Shown: positions 1 to 12,502, counted from the whole stretch's first letter. The stretch: DNA of 63,163 nt, filler included, from Rhabdomonas costata (GCA_019059605.1; 35 parts of 35 records of this genome joined end to end with filler, not necessarily neighbours in it); one strand, 5' to 3'. A program made the numbers and translations. The notes: generated by a model not told the origin, from the letters alone.

Positions 1-1360
1 TGTGGTTGTTTGGGGCATAAATGCACTTGATAGGGGGGGGGGCATAAATGCACTTATGCCCTAAAGTCTTTTCAAGGGTGTCTGTTGCATCGAAACGTTG
101 TGTCAGCTGGAGTGGACTGTTTCTAGTATCTCCTCCGAGGTGTTTTCGACATTCAGGGATCCCATTGGGCAGTCTTCTGATAGGATCGAAGGGGTTGGAA
201 GTTCCGTTCCATGCTTGTCTCTTTTCTTTCTGCTTTTCTTTCCACGACAGACCGGGGGCAAGCTGGGCGCCCCACTGTCCTGTTCGTTTGTTTGCTTTGC
301 TTTTGAGTTTCTTGTCTTCTCACTCTGTGCAGGCCCCGTTTTTCTGCTGTTGTGAGCTGGACAGATGATGCGCCAAAGCGGATACACTCGCGATCCCTAC
401 TCCTCTGCCGGTATGGTCGGGAAACTTGTTGTTTAATATTCAACAAGAAATGGAAAAAAATTGTGGTCGTGCTCCATTCTTTTAGACTCGGCGGGCTGAC
501 CGGTGGATCTTGCACGGCTTTCAGAGCTTGAACTGAATGGAGTGGGCTGGCCAGGAGGGTGGCCCACATTGAGTTGCACGATTTCTTTAGGATGTAATGG
601 GGGTGACGTGCAGAGTGCGTTGTGTCCGTGTTTCCGTCTGGCCCAGTTCAGGCAGTTTCTTAGATATTGCCTTGGTAGCCGTGTTTTGTTGGTGAAAGTT
701 GATGTAATAAAGTGCCGTGAATCCCAGTGGCGATTTTGGAGGACCAACACTCGCCGTCACTGCTGAATGTTTTGCTCAGTGTAATGGGGTTCGGCAAACT
801 CTACCCGTGAGCTGCTTTTTTTGCTACTTTTTTTTTTGAGGTCGATGGGCTTAGGTGAGGCCAATGGCCCATTATAAACTTTCATTAATGGCAAGCAATT
901 GGTGGGCTGGGACGGACGAGTGGAACAGCACATTTAGGAGGCGGAGGCGAGCACCCCGGCGCGGCGCTGCCGGAGCGAGTTTCGGCGGTTTCCCCGAGTT
1001 TCCCATCTACCCCCTGGATGCCCTCGGCGCTGGTGGTATTTCCCTCTCTTTTGCGCAGGCTTCAGGGACATCGACTCACCTCCAGGCCCCGTTATGGAAG
1101 CAGGGCCGCTTCTTGAGAACCACAGGTTGTGTTTTCCCGTTCCCCCAGGAAGTTTACCGACGCTGTTCTCATTTCACTGTTCTTTTTTGGAACCTGTCGT
1201 TCTTCACATCCCCGCCTTTTGGAAGATGCTTGTTTTGGGTGGAGCCCTCCCCCCCAACATGATGCGTGTCTTGAAGTGTCTTTTTGGTCGGTGACAACGA
1301 TAATATCGGCTCACGTGTTCTGTTCCTTTGGCTCCGTTTGCTTCTGACCCGGAAGTATCT

Positions 1361-1529
1361 ACAACGTTTTGCAAAACTGGATTGAACACCCCCCCTCTCC
1401 CCCAGTCATGGTCAATGTTGGGGCATATCGGTACTTTGTCGTCGAGAGTTCATTGCTACCGAAACGAATTTTCAACATTGACGTATTGGGGTGAACGGGG
1501 GGCGTTCAATATGTTTTGCAAAACGTTGT
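1361..1529. mobile_element. Imperfect ~170-bp palindrome, MITE-like
   Basis: ACAACGTTTTGCAAAACTGGATTGAACACCCCCC (1361-1394) versus reverse complement of 1497-1529, ACAACGTTTTGCAAAACATATTGAACGCCCCCC; inner GTCAATGTTG/CAACATTGAC also pair. Confidence 0.6.
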
Positions 1530-1701
1530 CTGGATTTTTAAGGGTGATTTTTAAGCAGCACGTGGAGAATAAAATGACTTAGCGGCACTAGTTCATGAGT
1601 TTTTCCAGAAAGGGGTGACTTTCGAATGCATATGGGCGATTTATATCGAAGTTCATACCCGCACCAGAAGTGCTTTTCTCTCAAAACTGCTACAAAAGGC
1701 T

Positions 1702-1801
1702 NNNNNNNNNNNNNNNNNNNNNNNNNNNNNNNNNNNNNNNNNNNNTTAATTAATTAANNNNNNNNNNNNNNNNNNNNNNNNNNNNNNNNNNNNNNNNNNN
1801 N
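1702..1801. other. Artificial contig linker (44 N + TTAATTAATTAA + 44 N); first of 34 identical linkers
   Basis: Same 100-nt spacer with stops in all six frames recurs every ~1.8 kb (TTAATTAATTAA at 1746, 3553, 5360 ... 59595, 61399). Confidence 0.99.
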
Positions 1802-2677
1802 TTGTGTTGTTCTGTGTCTTACGTTGGATTAGGGTATGCTTTAGTGGTGGGGTATGCTGTGTCTTCGGTAGGTGTTGTTGGGGATGTGTTGCCGTTGATG
1901 GTGTTGATGCTGTTGACCTTGGTGCTATGCGCGATGTTGCCTCTACCGGGTGTCTGTGTCCTTCCTCTGTTGGTGTCCTTGGCTCTGGCGTTACTCGTGT
2001 GGATGTTGGCGTTGATGTTGGCTCTGCTTCTGTGGTGGTTGAGGGCGTTGGCATTGTGTTAGCGTAGTGTTGGCTGATGGCATTGATGGCTCTTTTGGTG
2101 TTCTTGAATCTGGTAGTGGCGGCGATGTTCGGGAGTAGTGGTGGCGTTGTTGTGACACTCATGTCGTTGTTGCTCTCATTAGTATTAGTGTTGATTCTAA
2201 GCCATCTTGGTGGTGAAGGGGTTGGTGGCGGTGGAGTTGGAGGCCGCGTTGGTGATGATGGCATGATGTCCCTGGGAGAAAACTACGCCTGCGCCACAAC
2301 TTCGCTAGCCCGGCCCCACGGAGGGCATGAACCACGCAAGATGAACCCCAAGGTGGCATATCTGCTTTGCCTATTCCCGGTCGGAACTTCCTTCGCGCCT
2401 TACGGCGGATGCAGATCAAACGGGATATTTCGAATCAACTGTAAGGTGCTGAAAAAGCATGCATTCAAATGGGGTCCCCCGACGCTTTAATGGCACCAAA
2501 CCCCAAGGGCTCTGCCAATGTGTGCTGACATGGTGCTTAGTCCGCAAATAGTTTTGTCTCAGAGCACATGCAGCACCCAAGACAAGGACCACGACCAGAA
2601 AACACTGAGCGAACAGAAGGCAACTGTTCCACAGCGGGGTTGAGGGGAAGAGTTCTCTGAGATTACGCCGTTCTTCT

Positions 2678-3240
2678 TCAACTCTTCTGCTCGGCCTCCT
2701 TCGCCTGAAACAAATACATCCACAACTGCGGAAAAGCAAACGGCAGAGGCAGAGGCAACATAGCTGAAGAGAGGTGAAGGAAACCTTCTTCTCACCCTTC
2801 TTCGGGGCAGGCTTGTTCTTCCGCGCCTGAGGTAGGAGACCAGGTAAAAACAAAAGCGAAGAAATAGAAAGTTTTCCAGATTACATTTTCGAACACCATT
2901 GGACCTGAAACCGCAAACCAGAAAGCAAGGCATGTGCATGCGTACACAAGCAAAAGAAAGCGAACCTGGAGGATGGTCGCGGCGAACTTGTCCAAGGGCA
3001 TAGGCCGAACCTGTGAGCAAAGAAAAAGAAAAGGCACCAGCAGTGTCCCCACCTTATACAAATCCTCTAAACAGAACCCTCAGTCCCAGGGCATACAACA
3101 CCCATATATCCAGCATACAGAGGTCCACTTCAAAGAAACCAGGATAATGCTCAGAGCATTCCCCAACCACCCATCTCCAGCAGAACCTTGGGCGCCTGCC
3201 TGGGAACCTTCTGAGCCTTCTGCTTCCTCAGCTTCGACGC
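2678..3240 (-). CDS. C-terminal four micro-exons of a lysine-rich basic protein (possibly a ribosomal protein tail)
   Basis: Exons 3240-3208, 3010-2966, 2826-2785, 2704-2678, all phase 0 with CAG acceptors and GT donors, splice to ASKLRKQKAQK-VRPMPLDKFAATILQ-ARKNKPAPKKGEKK-AKEAEQKS*. Confidence 0.65.
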
Positions 3241-3608
3241 CTGAAACAAGCGATGGTACACCAGTGAAGCGCAGATCTTCCTTCAAAATCCAAGAGCCAT
3301 GGTGATGACCGGATTTCGTGATCCCCTCTGGGACACTCCATACTCTCCGCATGGTGAAGTTACGAGTTTCATAAGTGGCACAACAAGTGCAGGGAAGTTC
3401 GGTCATATTTTCAAAAAAAACCGGCTCCGCGCAACACTGCTTGCCTTTTGGCGCCGTTATTTACGCCTCTGCGCAACAGTGATAAGTGATGTTTTGGCAC
3501 ACAAACCCNNNNNNNNNNNNNNNNNNNNNNNNNNNNNNNNNNNNNNNNNNNNTTAATTAATTAANNNNNNNNNNNNNNNNNNNNNNNNNNNNNNNNNNNN
3601 NNNNNNNN

Positions 3609-4879
3609 GGTTTGGGTTTTCCTTCTTGACAGTGACAGTTCCACTGCCAGGAAAATATGTTATCCATGAACAAGTCGTTGGTCATCTCGACTTGATTTCC
3701 GTTCAATCCATCATGAAATGGCCCGGTGACCCGCAGTAAAAACACATCAGCCCCCGCTGCACCGCGCCTTCCAACTGTAATTGTGCAAACGGGGTTCTCC
3801 ATTCCAACCTAATGGTATTTATTGTCGCCGGTGATATCGCAGAGTTGGACCTCTGTAACACCACGGGTCTACCACCTACTCTTTGTATGTCTCTAACCTG
3901 TGAAACGGTTCTGGGGAATCATCATCTTTCCATGCACAAAAAGCGTTCACCACTTGGTGTACACCCTTGTTGTTGGGGATGTGGATCTAGGAGACTTTGT
4001 AATAACTGATTTGGCTTCCGCCTCTCCACGTTCAACAAATAACAACCCTCTGGGCGTCAACGAGATTGCCACCAGCAATGTTTCTGACGTAATGGCGTCC
4101 AACCACCCGTCAACTGGCACCACACTCAGCAACCCACGAACTCTATGAACTGTGTGATTCCGTGTGGTTGGTCAAAGTACCGCGCCCATCCAAACGGCGA
4201 GTTACAGAATCTCATGGAATACAGCTCCATTCCTGTCGCTTTCTATAATTGCGGGGCCACAACAATTTCTTTGGTGGAGCTCTTGGTTTCCTGTGGAACT
4301 ACTAGGGTGCTCCAATGTTTTCCTGCAAACTCAAAAGCTTTTTCGTCATCAGCCTGCATGTCTGTCTCCAACACTTGAATAAAAAATAACAAATTGTGAA
4401 CACAAGGACAAACTCTCAATAGCTTGTCTCTCAGTGTGAAATGAGACACAAATGAAAGTTTCCATTAACTCTCAGCTTATTAAATCTCCACAAAATGTTG
4501 TAATCTCGACATGCAATCTCTGTGTTTGTACTCTATGTCAACTTGTTGGGAGCTCTTCTCATTACTTGTGTTATCGCCACCTGATTCTGATTCACTAATA
4601 GCAAGGCTAACACTGCACCAGCAATTCTCCAGCCCCAACAGGCTTTCTTGGCGCTAAAACTTCCGGTGGGACCGTCAGAATTGTTGCCATCTACTGGACT
4701 GGACCTGTTACCACTCTGTTGGGCTGAATCGGTCCCGGATCAATCATTAATTTATCAAACAAACAAAAGTTCCCTTCTACCACGAGTCGCAACAAACCAA
4801 ACTGTCCCCACTTCCGAAGTGCTAATTTTAATATTAATGTTCATACTTAAATGGTCTCTAAACCTTCTTTATGCTACCA
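3609..4879 (-). mobile_element. Degenerate LTR-retrotransposon gag remnant
   Basis: CFYCGSPGHFMMD* at 3744-3703 is a CX2CX4HX4C zinc knuckle with the last Cys codon changed to TGA; upstream broken gag-like frame (DGWLDAI...LLFVERGEA); weak PBS-like TGGTAGCA at 4879-4872. Confidence 0.55.
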
Positions 4880-6500
4880 CGTATCAACGTGGTACACCTT
4901 TTCCTGCACGCTGCGTTGCACCTGGGCCTCAAAAAAACCCACTTTCACCACCACGTGTCAGACGGCACGGCGGGCTCGGACCAATTGCGTGGCTCTTAAG
5001 ACTTCACCGCGTGGCCCACTCAATCCGCTCCCCTCAGTCGTACTTTCCGACAAAGCTGTCAGCCCACATTGGCGAGAAGACGTTTTTTCCACCGTGCTGG
5101 TCTCCATTTTGCCGAGGGCCAGGTAGATCCCTTAGGCAACCACGTCGCACCGCTGCCCAATCCTATTGACGTTTTGTCAAAGACTCTTTGCGGCAACCTT
5201 TCACTCCGTGAGACCTCCTCGGTCGCTTCTAAAACTCTTCTAAAGGGACCTTAACCATCTTCGCTCCGCCGCTGGCCTTGATTCGCAAAACTCCCCGTCC
5301 TCTCTCCACCCCACCNNNNNNNNNNNNNNNNNNNNNNNNNNNNNNNNNNNNNNNNNNNNTTAATTAATTAANNNNNNNNNNNNNNNNNNNNNNNNNNNNN
5401 NNNNNNNNNNNNNNNATAACCAGAATCCCAGGGAACACGTGCATCACCTCCTAACCCCCTGCAAACTCAGAAAGGGAGAAAGGGGACAAAAAAAACAAAA
5501 CTTCACAGCTCACGCACGTCGTTTTCAACCGACGAAGCAGCCGCATCATTGAGAGCTAATTCGAACGGTAGGACGGCACGCTTCATCCTCCCACATGCGC
5601 CTTCTCATTTGAAGTAAAGACGTTGCGCGTCGTAGCTCACAGTCGTGTCCGGAGGTCTTTCCCGCAACAGGGGCGGAGGATAACCGGAAGATAACCGAGC
5701 ACTAACACAACCGAAAGGAAATTTATCTCCTGTTGCTGTGCTGCGCGCAGTGTGTTAGGAATGCTGAGCATTTCCCACAAACTTCGTTTTGAATAACAGA
5801 AAGGGTCGAAGCAAACCTTTTTCGTTGAATTGAATTACACTTTCAGTTGAAATGAAAAAATGCTGGCACAGTATGCAGCACGCACAGTGGAAAGCCGAGT
5901 CACTGATTACCATCCGTTCGAGCAACGCACTACCATAAAACCACAAGAAAGCACGCGTCTCTGAAAAGCCCACTGAGAGGGCGAGACGCACCACAACAAC
6001 ACCGAGCTTCTGTTTGAGCTCTGCTCGCCGTAAAGCAACGCCCCAGCGGCAGCAATAGAAAACCGAAATGAAGGGTGGGCACACCAACTTATCCACTGCA
6101 CCCGATGCTACGAGAAGCAACAATTGCAAGAAATAGACCGGAAAACCCAGGTACAGAAGTTCTGGGCCAGATCCCTTTCTTCAGCTGGCGCACAGAGAGC
6201 GTGGCTCATGGGAAAGAAAAGAACAGCAATGTGTGTGTGTGTGTGTGTACCGGGATAGAGTGTGTTTTCCCCTTCCATCCTGGCTATTTCCAAAGTGGAA
6301 GCACCCTAAAGGGCTGCACCGCAAAGCTGGGCAGCTGGACTCACAAGACAGTGCAGCTTCACTTCAGCAAGGAAGCTGCACTTCAAGGCACCAAAAAAAT
6401 TCAAGCACCCACAAAAGCGAAGTGGAAAACGGGTGTACAGTGGTAGAGAAAGAGAAAGCCCGAACGAGGGGGGGGGGGTACTTCTTTCTTACACTGCCAC

Positions 6501-7110
6501 CTATGCCGGAGTAGCAGCAGCCCCATCCGAAGGGATGTGGAGCTCAATTTTCACGCACTCCGGGGGCCCAGAGAGGAAGCTGGAGGCAGCCCCATGGGCG
6601 TGCCACGGCCCAGACCATCGGCTCTTCGGCTGGCCAACAAAGAACCACCCGCCACTCAGCTTGACCTCCGGAAGTGGATCAGAGCTGAGCTTCACGTCAT
6701 CACAGAAGGAGGAGGAGGTAGCGGTTTGCGGCTGCGAGGACAAGGGGACAACTCCCGCAGCACGCAGTTCAAGGACCCAGTCATGGGCAGGATAATGCCG
6801 CGCAGCGTACGGGTTGTCATACTTCGTGTACAAGGCCAGTCTAAGGCGAATCCCTGAGGGATCGGCGGAAGTGCCCGCCCAGCCCAGGTGCTGAAAGTGG
6901 CCGTAAACGTCGGTGCCAAGGCCATCCCCCTCCACCCGGTATACGTTGGGAGACTCCGGGGAGAACCGGAAAGTCATCTTCAAAGCGACGGTGCTGCCGT
7001 CCTGGATGTAGTCCCCATCGACTTGGACCTCTCTCGCTAGCTCGACCCCAAGAGGAGAACTGGAGCTGTCGCTGCAGGCCCACATCCGTCGGCTGTGGTC
7101 GAGGGCCTCA
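6501..7110 (-). CDS. Terminal coding exon, unknown protein
   Basis: ~200-codon open frame, GC3-rich like the other exons, runs off the contig end; no family recognised. Confidence 0.6.
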
Positions 7111-7338
7111 GTACCCAAAACCNNNNNNNNNNNNNNNNNNNNNNNNNNNNNNNNNNNNNNNNNNNNTTAATTAATTAANNNNNNNNNNNNNNNNNNNNNN
7201 NNNNNNNNNNNNNNNNNNNNNNTTTGTGGGGTAAGAGACCGTTTGTTAGGGTCACGAACTCCTGCTTTAGAGAGACCCAACAATAAGAAGGGCTGCACCA
7301 ACGCTCGTAATTAATGACCCTAACAAACGGTCTCTTAC

Positions 7339-7601
7339 CCCTCCCTACTCCTACTCCAAGACCACGTGCCTTCTTCTGGGATGAGCTGCAGCGAGCACAG
7401 AGCAGCCGTGGTGGTGCGGCCGGAGAAGTCCGGGGACTGGCACAGCACGCTACGCCCCGCCAGGCTGTAGTACAGGCAGTGCTGCTGAACGGCAGTCAGC
7501 CCGCAGGGACCGTCGGGCTTGGGGGCCATTCCCAGCAAAGTGTTCAGCGCGGTGGTCAACCAGGGCTTCAGCCAGTCTCGCAAGTCCGGCTCAGCAGACA
7601 T
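7339..7601 (-). CDS. First exon of a divergent DEAD-box helicase-like protein
   Basis: LTAVQQHCLYYSLAGRSVLCQSPDFSGRTTTAALCSLQLI has Q-motif and motif I spacing (TxxQ...GxxVLCQ...G[K/R]T...LQ). 3' exon end uncertain (GC at 7369 or GT at 7338). Confidence 0.6.
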
Positions 7602-8233
7602 TTTCTCAGGAGACTGAGGAAAAAGGGTTGTGTGGTTAGATGACGGAGAAAGACGATCAAAAACGAAAGGAAATTGCTCTCGTTGTATTAAGGGTATTAA
7701 GGGGATGTAGGTCATCACAGGCTCGCAAACTTTCCCAGTGAGGTAAATTGGGGAGTAAACGGACGACGCACTCGACCTTTCACTTCTTCCACACTCGCTC
7801 ATGTGGTTTTCGGACGCTGGAACCGTAACCCCCCATCCGACCAATCCATTTCCTAATGACCTGATGTCCAAAGACGAGCCTGTGTAACGAAGAGGTCTAT
7901 CAATGGCACCCTATCAGAAAGGCCGATGAAAGGAGAGAACACACCCTCACCAAGAGCAAAAACACCTCGGTTTGTTGAGAAAAACAGCGGCGACGCAGCC
8001 CAGGGTATTCCAATAAGGGAACCGGCGTGCTCGGCAAAAGAGCTCACACAGCTTCACTCCAAGCGTCGCCGAAAGAGTGCGACGCCTGTGCCGTGGCTGC
8101 TCTGATCCGAACGCACAGTCGTCACCTTCTCATGCGCCACATCAAGGGGGAAATGCTACAGAGCAATCTCCTCTTGGGAAGAGCGCTTCCTACAGGGCGA
8201 GCCAATCGGGGCGAGGGTCGAACCACCCATCGG

Positions 8234-8583
8234 TCACCGGACAGTCGCGGAGACCGCAGCAGGGGCGCAGGGGTTCCTCTCCATGGCACGGCACACCGCT
8301 TGCACTACCACGGTGAGGTTCGTGTCAGTGACCTTGGAGCTCCGCGTGCCGACCCCGAAGATTAGGGTAAAGCCCATGCCCAGGGACTTCGCAAGAACCT
8401 CGAAGTTGGTGTCCGGGTATTTCGAAGGCCTGATCTCGATCATGGTGGAGGATACGGGCATGAAGATGGCGAAGGTTAACCCCGAGCCGTGCGGCCCCAC
8501 AATGACTTTGCTGACCGCGAGCTTCCGCAGGGGCACAAGGGGGCTGCTGGGGTACACCCCGAGAAACTCTTCCACGGATTCAG
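8234..8583 (-). CDS. Glycosyltransferase family 61 (DUF563)-like C-terminal exon
   Basis: KVIVGPHGSGLTFAIFMPVSSTMIEIRP...FEVLAKSLG matches the GT61 motif GxHGxGLxxxxFM...xEI.P; CAG acceptor at 8586-8584. Confidence 0.8.
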
Positions 8584-9229
8584 CTGCGCAGAGGCATGAT
8601 GCGAAGCAAGATGAAAGCGGGACCTAACAAACGACCTCTCGGATTTGGTTGCACTCGCAAACTTAATTAAAACGTTATCCTGGCAGTGTGCAGCTGAGAA
8701 TTTTTTTTGAATTTCTCATTGTTGATGGATGATTGTCATGGATTCACTTCTCATGGTCTGCCACTGATCTCCAAGATCCAAAATGCCCCAACCCACACAC
8801 GCAAGTCACAAAAAACAAAATCTCGGCTCGGAAGAATGCGAGAAAAGGCATCCAATAAAAATACAACAGCCACAATGGCTGAGCGAGTAAGGTCTGCGAA
8901 CCCCCAAAAATCGTCTGCAACCACACCCCNNNNNNNNNNNNNNNNNNNNNNNNNNNNNNNNNNNNNNNNNNNNTTAATTAATTAANNNNNNNNNNNNNNN
9001 NNNNNNNNNNNNNNNNNNNNNNNNNNNNNGTGTATGGCCCGACCAGCACTACGGTATTTTTGGCTGGGCTTGTCCTTTCTTTGTGTCAAGGAGACCCGGG
9101 GCCAAGTGTGCAGCTGAGGTGGGCTGAAGGTCTGATTGAGAGTACAAGTGTTCACAAGAATATTTGAGCACAGGTGTGAGCCAGAAATTTCGGGGAGCGG
9201 GATTAAAGCACACTCTCGCCTTTTTTCAG

Positions 9230-10020
9230 TCGGCTTCGGTGGTGTCAAAACGCGGCGGCAGAAAGCCAAATTGAGGTTCAAAATAATTGCGGTGCATGGT
9301 CCATTTTTCATAAATTGCCCATGTTTCATGCCTGCTTGACTTACTAGCCGGCATTCGTGCCTGAAAGCGTAAATGTGAAATCGCCCTGCATACCACGAGG
9401 AGCCAGTGACTCATTGGTCCTGTTTCGAAGCCTTTATCATGACAGTAAACACTGCGTCTACCAATAATCGTGTAATTTTGCGAAACTCGCTGAACACGCA
9501 GCAATACCCTCAGAGCAAGACGTTTCTTTTGGTCGTCGTCATTCTTTCAATGCTTACGTGTAATGCTGTGAGGGGGACGCGAGCTTGACAGCCATTTGCT
9601 CGGCGCTTTCTAATGTTCGCTGCCGTTAATTGATAAAATTTGTTCCACCATGCTGCTGTGTATATGCGTTTATAGGACTTCTCCGAGCGAGTGTTCGACA
9701 TGCGTAGGCTGCGGTGGGTCAAGCCTGCTGAGCTCACCGCTGGTGTATCACATTTCGTATCAATGAGTCCACCACGATACGTTGGCCGCACCTTGTCCCG
9801 CCGATGGTATGTTCCATTGGTAAGAAGGCGCTGAGGCTCTTTGCGTTCCTGTCACCCTGCCCCAAAACCACCATTTCCCTATTGGTTAGGCTCTTTGAGA
9901 GTGCCTCTGCTCCCTGTGGTTTGGATAAGTGCAAGCCTCCTTCTCGAGGCGGAGCTTATCTTCACTGATGGTGAGTGAGATAGTGAGTGAGCGAGTGTGA
10001 ATGAGTGAGTGAGAGTTAGT
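9230..10020 (+). mobile_element. Highly degenerate non-LTR retrotransposon 3' part with (GTGA)n-like tail
   Basis: Broken frames give RNase H-like SDSLVLFRSL and NFAKLAEHAA, then AELTAGVSHF and VCSIG...PCP (CCHC-like), followed by degenerate GTGA repeats at ~9971-10015. Confidence 0.4.
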
Positions 10021-12131
10021 GCGTATGTGTATATGTATGTTGACCCGCGTGCAATATGCGCCCTGGGCTGTGAGTGGTGATCAACGCTGCGCGACGAGAG
10101 TGTGGATCGAAACAGTGGGGCACTGAGAGGAAGGAGATTGGGTGAAATCCCGATGGGCGCATTTCCCATGGGTTGGAAAGCCCAGGATGGAAGGAGTTCC
10201 CCGGAAAAATTTACCCCATTGCAAATTGGCGAGTGTGTTCGGTTTGTTTTTTTTTCATTACGATTGCATTTTCTACCTGCTCATTTCCGAGCAAGCTGGG
10301 TACTGCTCGTCGTTGCATAGCCATTCACCCCCCCCCCTCGGAACCTTCTCTGTGCGAAGGGATTCGATGTCTGCGTCCTGCATCGACCCCACAACTCTAC
10401 GGTGTCAGTTCCATCTGAAAGCAAGAATATCAATTCCAAATCCTTCCCACAGGGAAGAGGGGTGCTTTTTGTGTGTTTTTGTGCTTCATGTGGAAAATGT
10501 ACGCATCCCAGGGAATTTTCTGGAAGTGGCTGCCTTCTCTGCTTTTTTCGAGTTTTTGTGTCCCCACCCACCGAGAAGGCGATCACTCCGCAACTCGAGT
10601 TCGTCCGGCTGCTCTGGCCCTTTTTTCTGCTTGTCTAGAAGCTGCGTTTGATAAATTAAGCGAAAGTGAGCTCCGCAAACGTGCTTTTTCTTGGGAAGCG
10701 AAAGATCGCCTTCTCGGTGGGTGGGGACACAAAACCNNNNNNNNNNNNNNNNNNNNNNNNNNNNNNNNNNNNNNNNNNNNTTAATTAATTAANNNNNNNN
10801 NNNNNNNNNNNNNNNNNNNNNNNNNNNNNNNNNNNNTTGTGTTGTTGGTATGGTTTGGTATATTATAGTCCAAATTGGGGCTGGGGCTGGGGCTGTTGCT
10901 GTGGTATGGTGTGGTGGTGGTGATGGTGGTGTTGGTGGTTGCAATGACTCTGGGCGATGGCTTTTCAGGGGAATGGCTGTATCTTTTTGACTCCCCAACG
11001 GCGGAGAAGACCCCTCAGAACCCCGCGGCGGGCACAAGGCACAAGTGCGTGGAGAGCTTCTTCTCAGGTCCATTGCTTGCTGCCTTCTGGAGGGGGATAG
11101 AGGATGTACAGTTTACTTGGTTGTTTTTGCGCAGGTTTGCACGAGTGACAAGTCCGTCTCAAATTGCTTCCCCTGTGTTGTTTTGTTATGTGGAAGGCTG
11201 GGAGCTGTGTGTGTGTTTGTGCTGTTGGGCATCGAATATTTTTGTCCTGATCTGAGTCCTTTTGTTGCGCCGCGAAGATGTGCGAAGATCTATTGGTCTA
11301 TTGATATACTTGTTGGGTTCGCTGTGGGGTTTTCGCCTCAACCTTGTTTTGTTAATGTTTGCGTATACTTGATTTGGGAGAACTCTTTAAATAGAGCACT
11401 CTGCCGGCTATTTTATTTTACTTTTACCTTTTTTCCCCTTCTTCATTTAGCACCCAGCCTCTCAGCTCGCAAACTCGAGCGTATCTCTCGCCTTTTCCCA
11501 TTCTATCGTGGTGGACACTTTTACTTGGCGAACTTATGACGCTCTCGTTTGGTGTGCCTTTTTGTCCAAAAACATGAGACACTTTCGGACTTACTAGAGG
11601 TTCTTCGGGGGGAGCTACGAAAAGGCGGTGACCTTTCTTCTGAAAAGCCCCCCCCACCCAAAGCATTGTCAACCGAGCTCGTTGGTATCTCAAACCACCT
11701 GAACTTCGCCCTTATCTTGATCTGAGTTTCAACATTTTTTGTCTGAATTTGGGTTTTCAGGAGTTTTCCAGGGGAGAAACTGGTGTTTGGTGTGGACTAG
11801 ATTACTCGCATTCCTACTTTTTGAGTTCGCCAAATAAAATTGTCCACCGCGATATGTGTTGGAGCTCCACAGAACTGCGGTTTAACGCGCCGCTGAGGTT
11901 TTCCCCTAGCAGCAGAGGGGGGATCCGTGCCTGAAAAATCGGCCAGGCAGCGGGAGAAAATTTGAAAGCCCGGAGACAGAAAAACCACCAAAAAACGCTT
12001 TGTCCACGCAGTGTGTGTGTGTGTGTGTCCGTACGCGCGCGCTTATCTTATTTATGTGATTATCGAGCACTCTTCGCACCCTGGTGAAGCTGTTTCCCTT
12101 TCTTCTGTATGCATTTTTGCTTCGTCCACAG

Positions 12132-12502
12132 GAAACCTCACGGTTTCTCACGAGAAGCTCACCGAGTACCTGCAGGCCCATGAGAAGGAGTTGGGAACGA
12201 AGCTGGAGATGGCTCGGGAGATGCTGGAGGCCGTGGAGCAGGCTTTACCCAACTCGCCCCACACCCCACCCCGCAGCGAGACCGTCACCCCAGTGATCAG
12301 CATGCACGGCAACCCAGATGGGGGTCAGCAGGTACAGCCTCGCGGAGGCCGGATGTCTCCCCCTCTCATGGGACACGGCTTCCCCGTGCCTCTCCCCAGG
12401 GACCGCGAGGTGAAGGACATTCTGACCTTCAACATGGACGCGCCCCGGGCGCGGCTGGGGCTTTCCCGACGTGGAACAGCCACCAGCGTCACCTCCGCTT
12501 AA
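12132..12502 (+). CDS. Coding exon, unknown protein with short coiled coil
   Basis: Pyrimidine tract + CAG at 12129-12131, then HEKLTEYLQAHEKELGTKLEMAREMLEAVEQAL; GC3-rich. Confidence 0.6.

Noticed and set aside
1802-2490. Hydrophobic membrane-protein ORFs on the + strand
   Set aside because: By-product of G/T skew (Val/Leu/Gly codons) seen in several frames at once.
3244-3305. Ankyrin-like DFEGRSALHW on the minus strand
   Set aside because: Single short motif not joinable to the adjacent exon chain; could be chance.
7112-7122. C/A-rich contig ends as telomeres of gene-sized nanochromosomes
   Set aside because: No constant repeat unit, genes are cut mid-exon, near-uniform contig length reflects size sorting, and primer sequence explains the tails.
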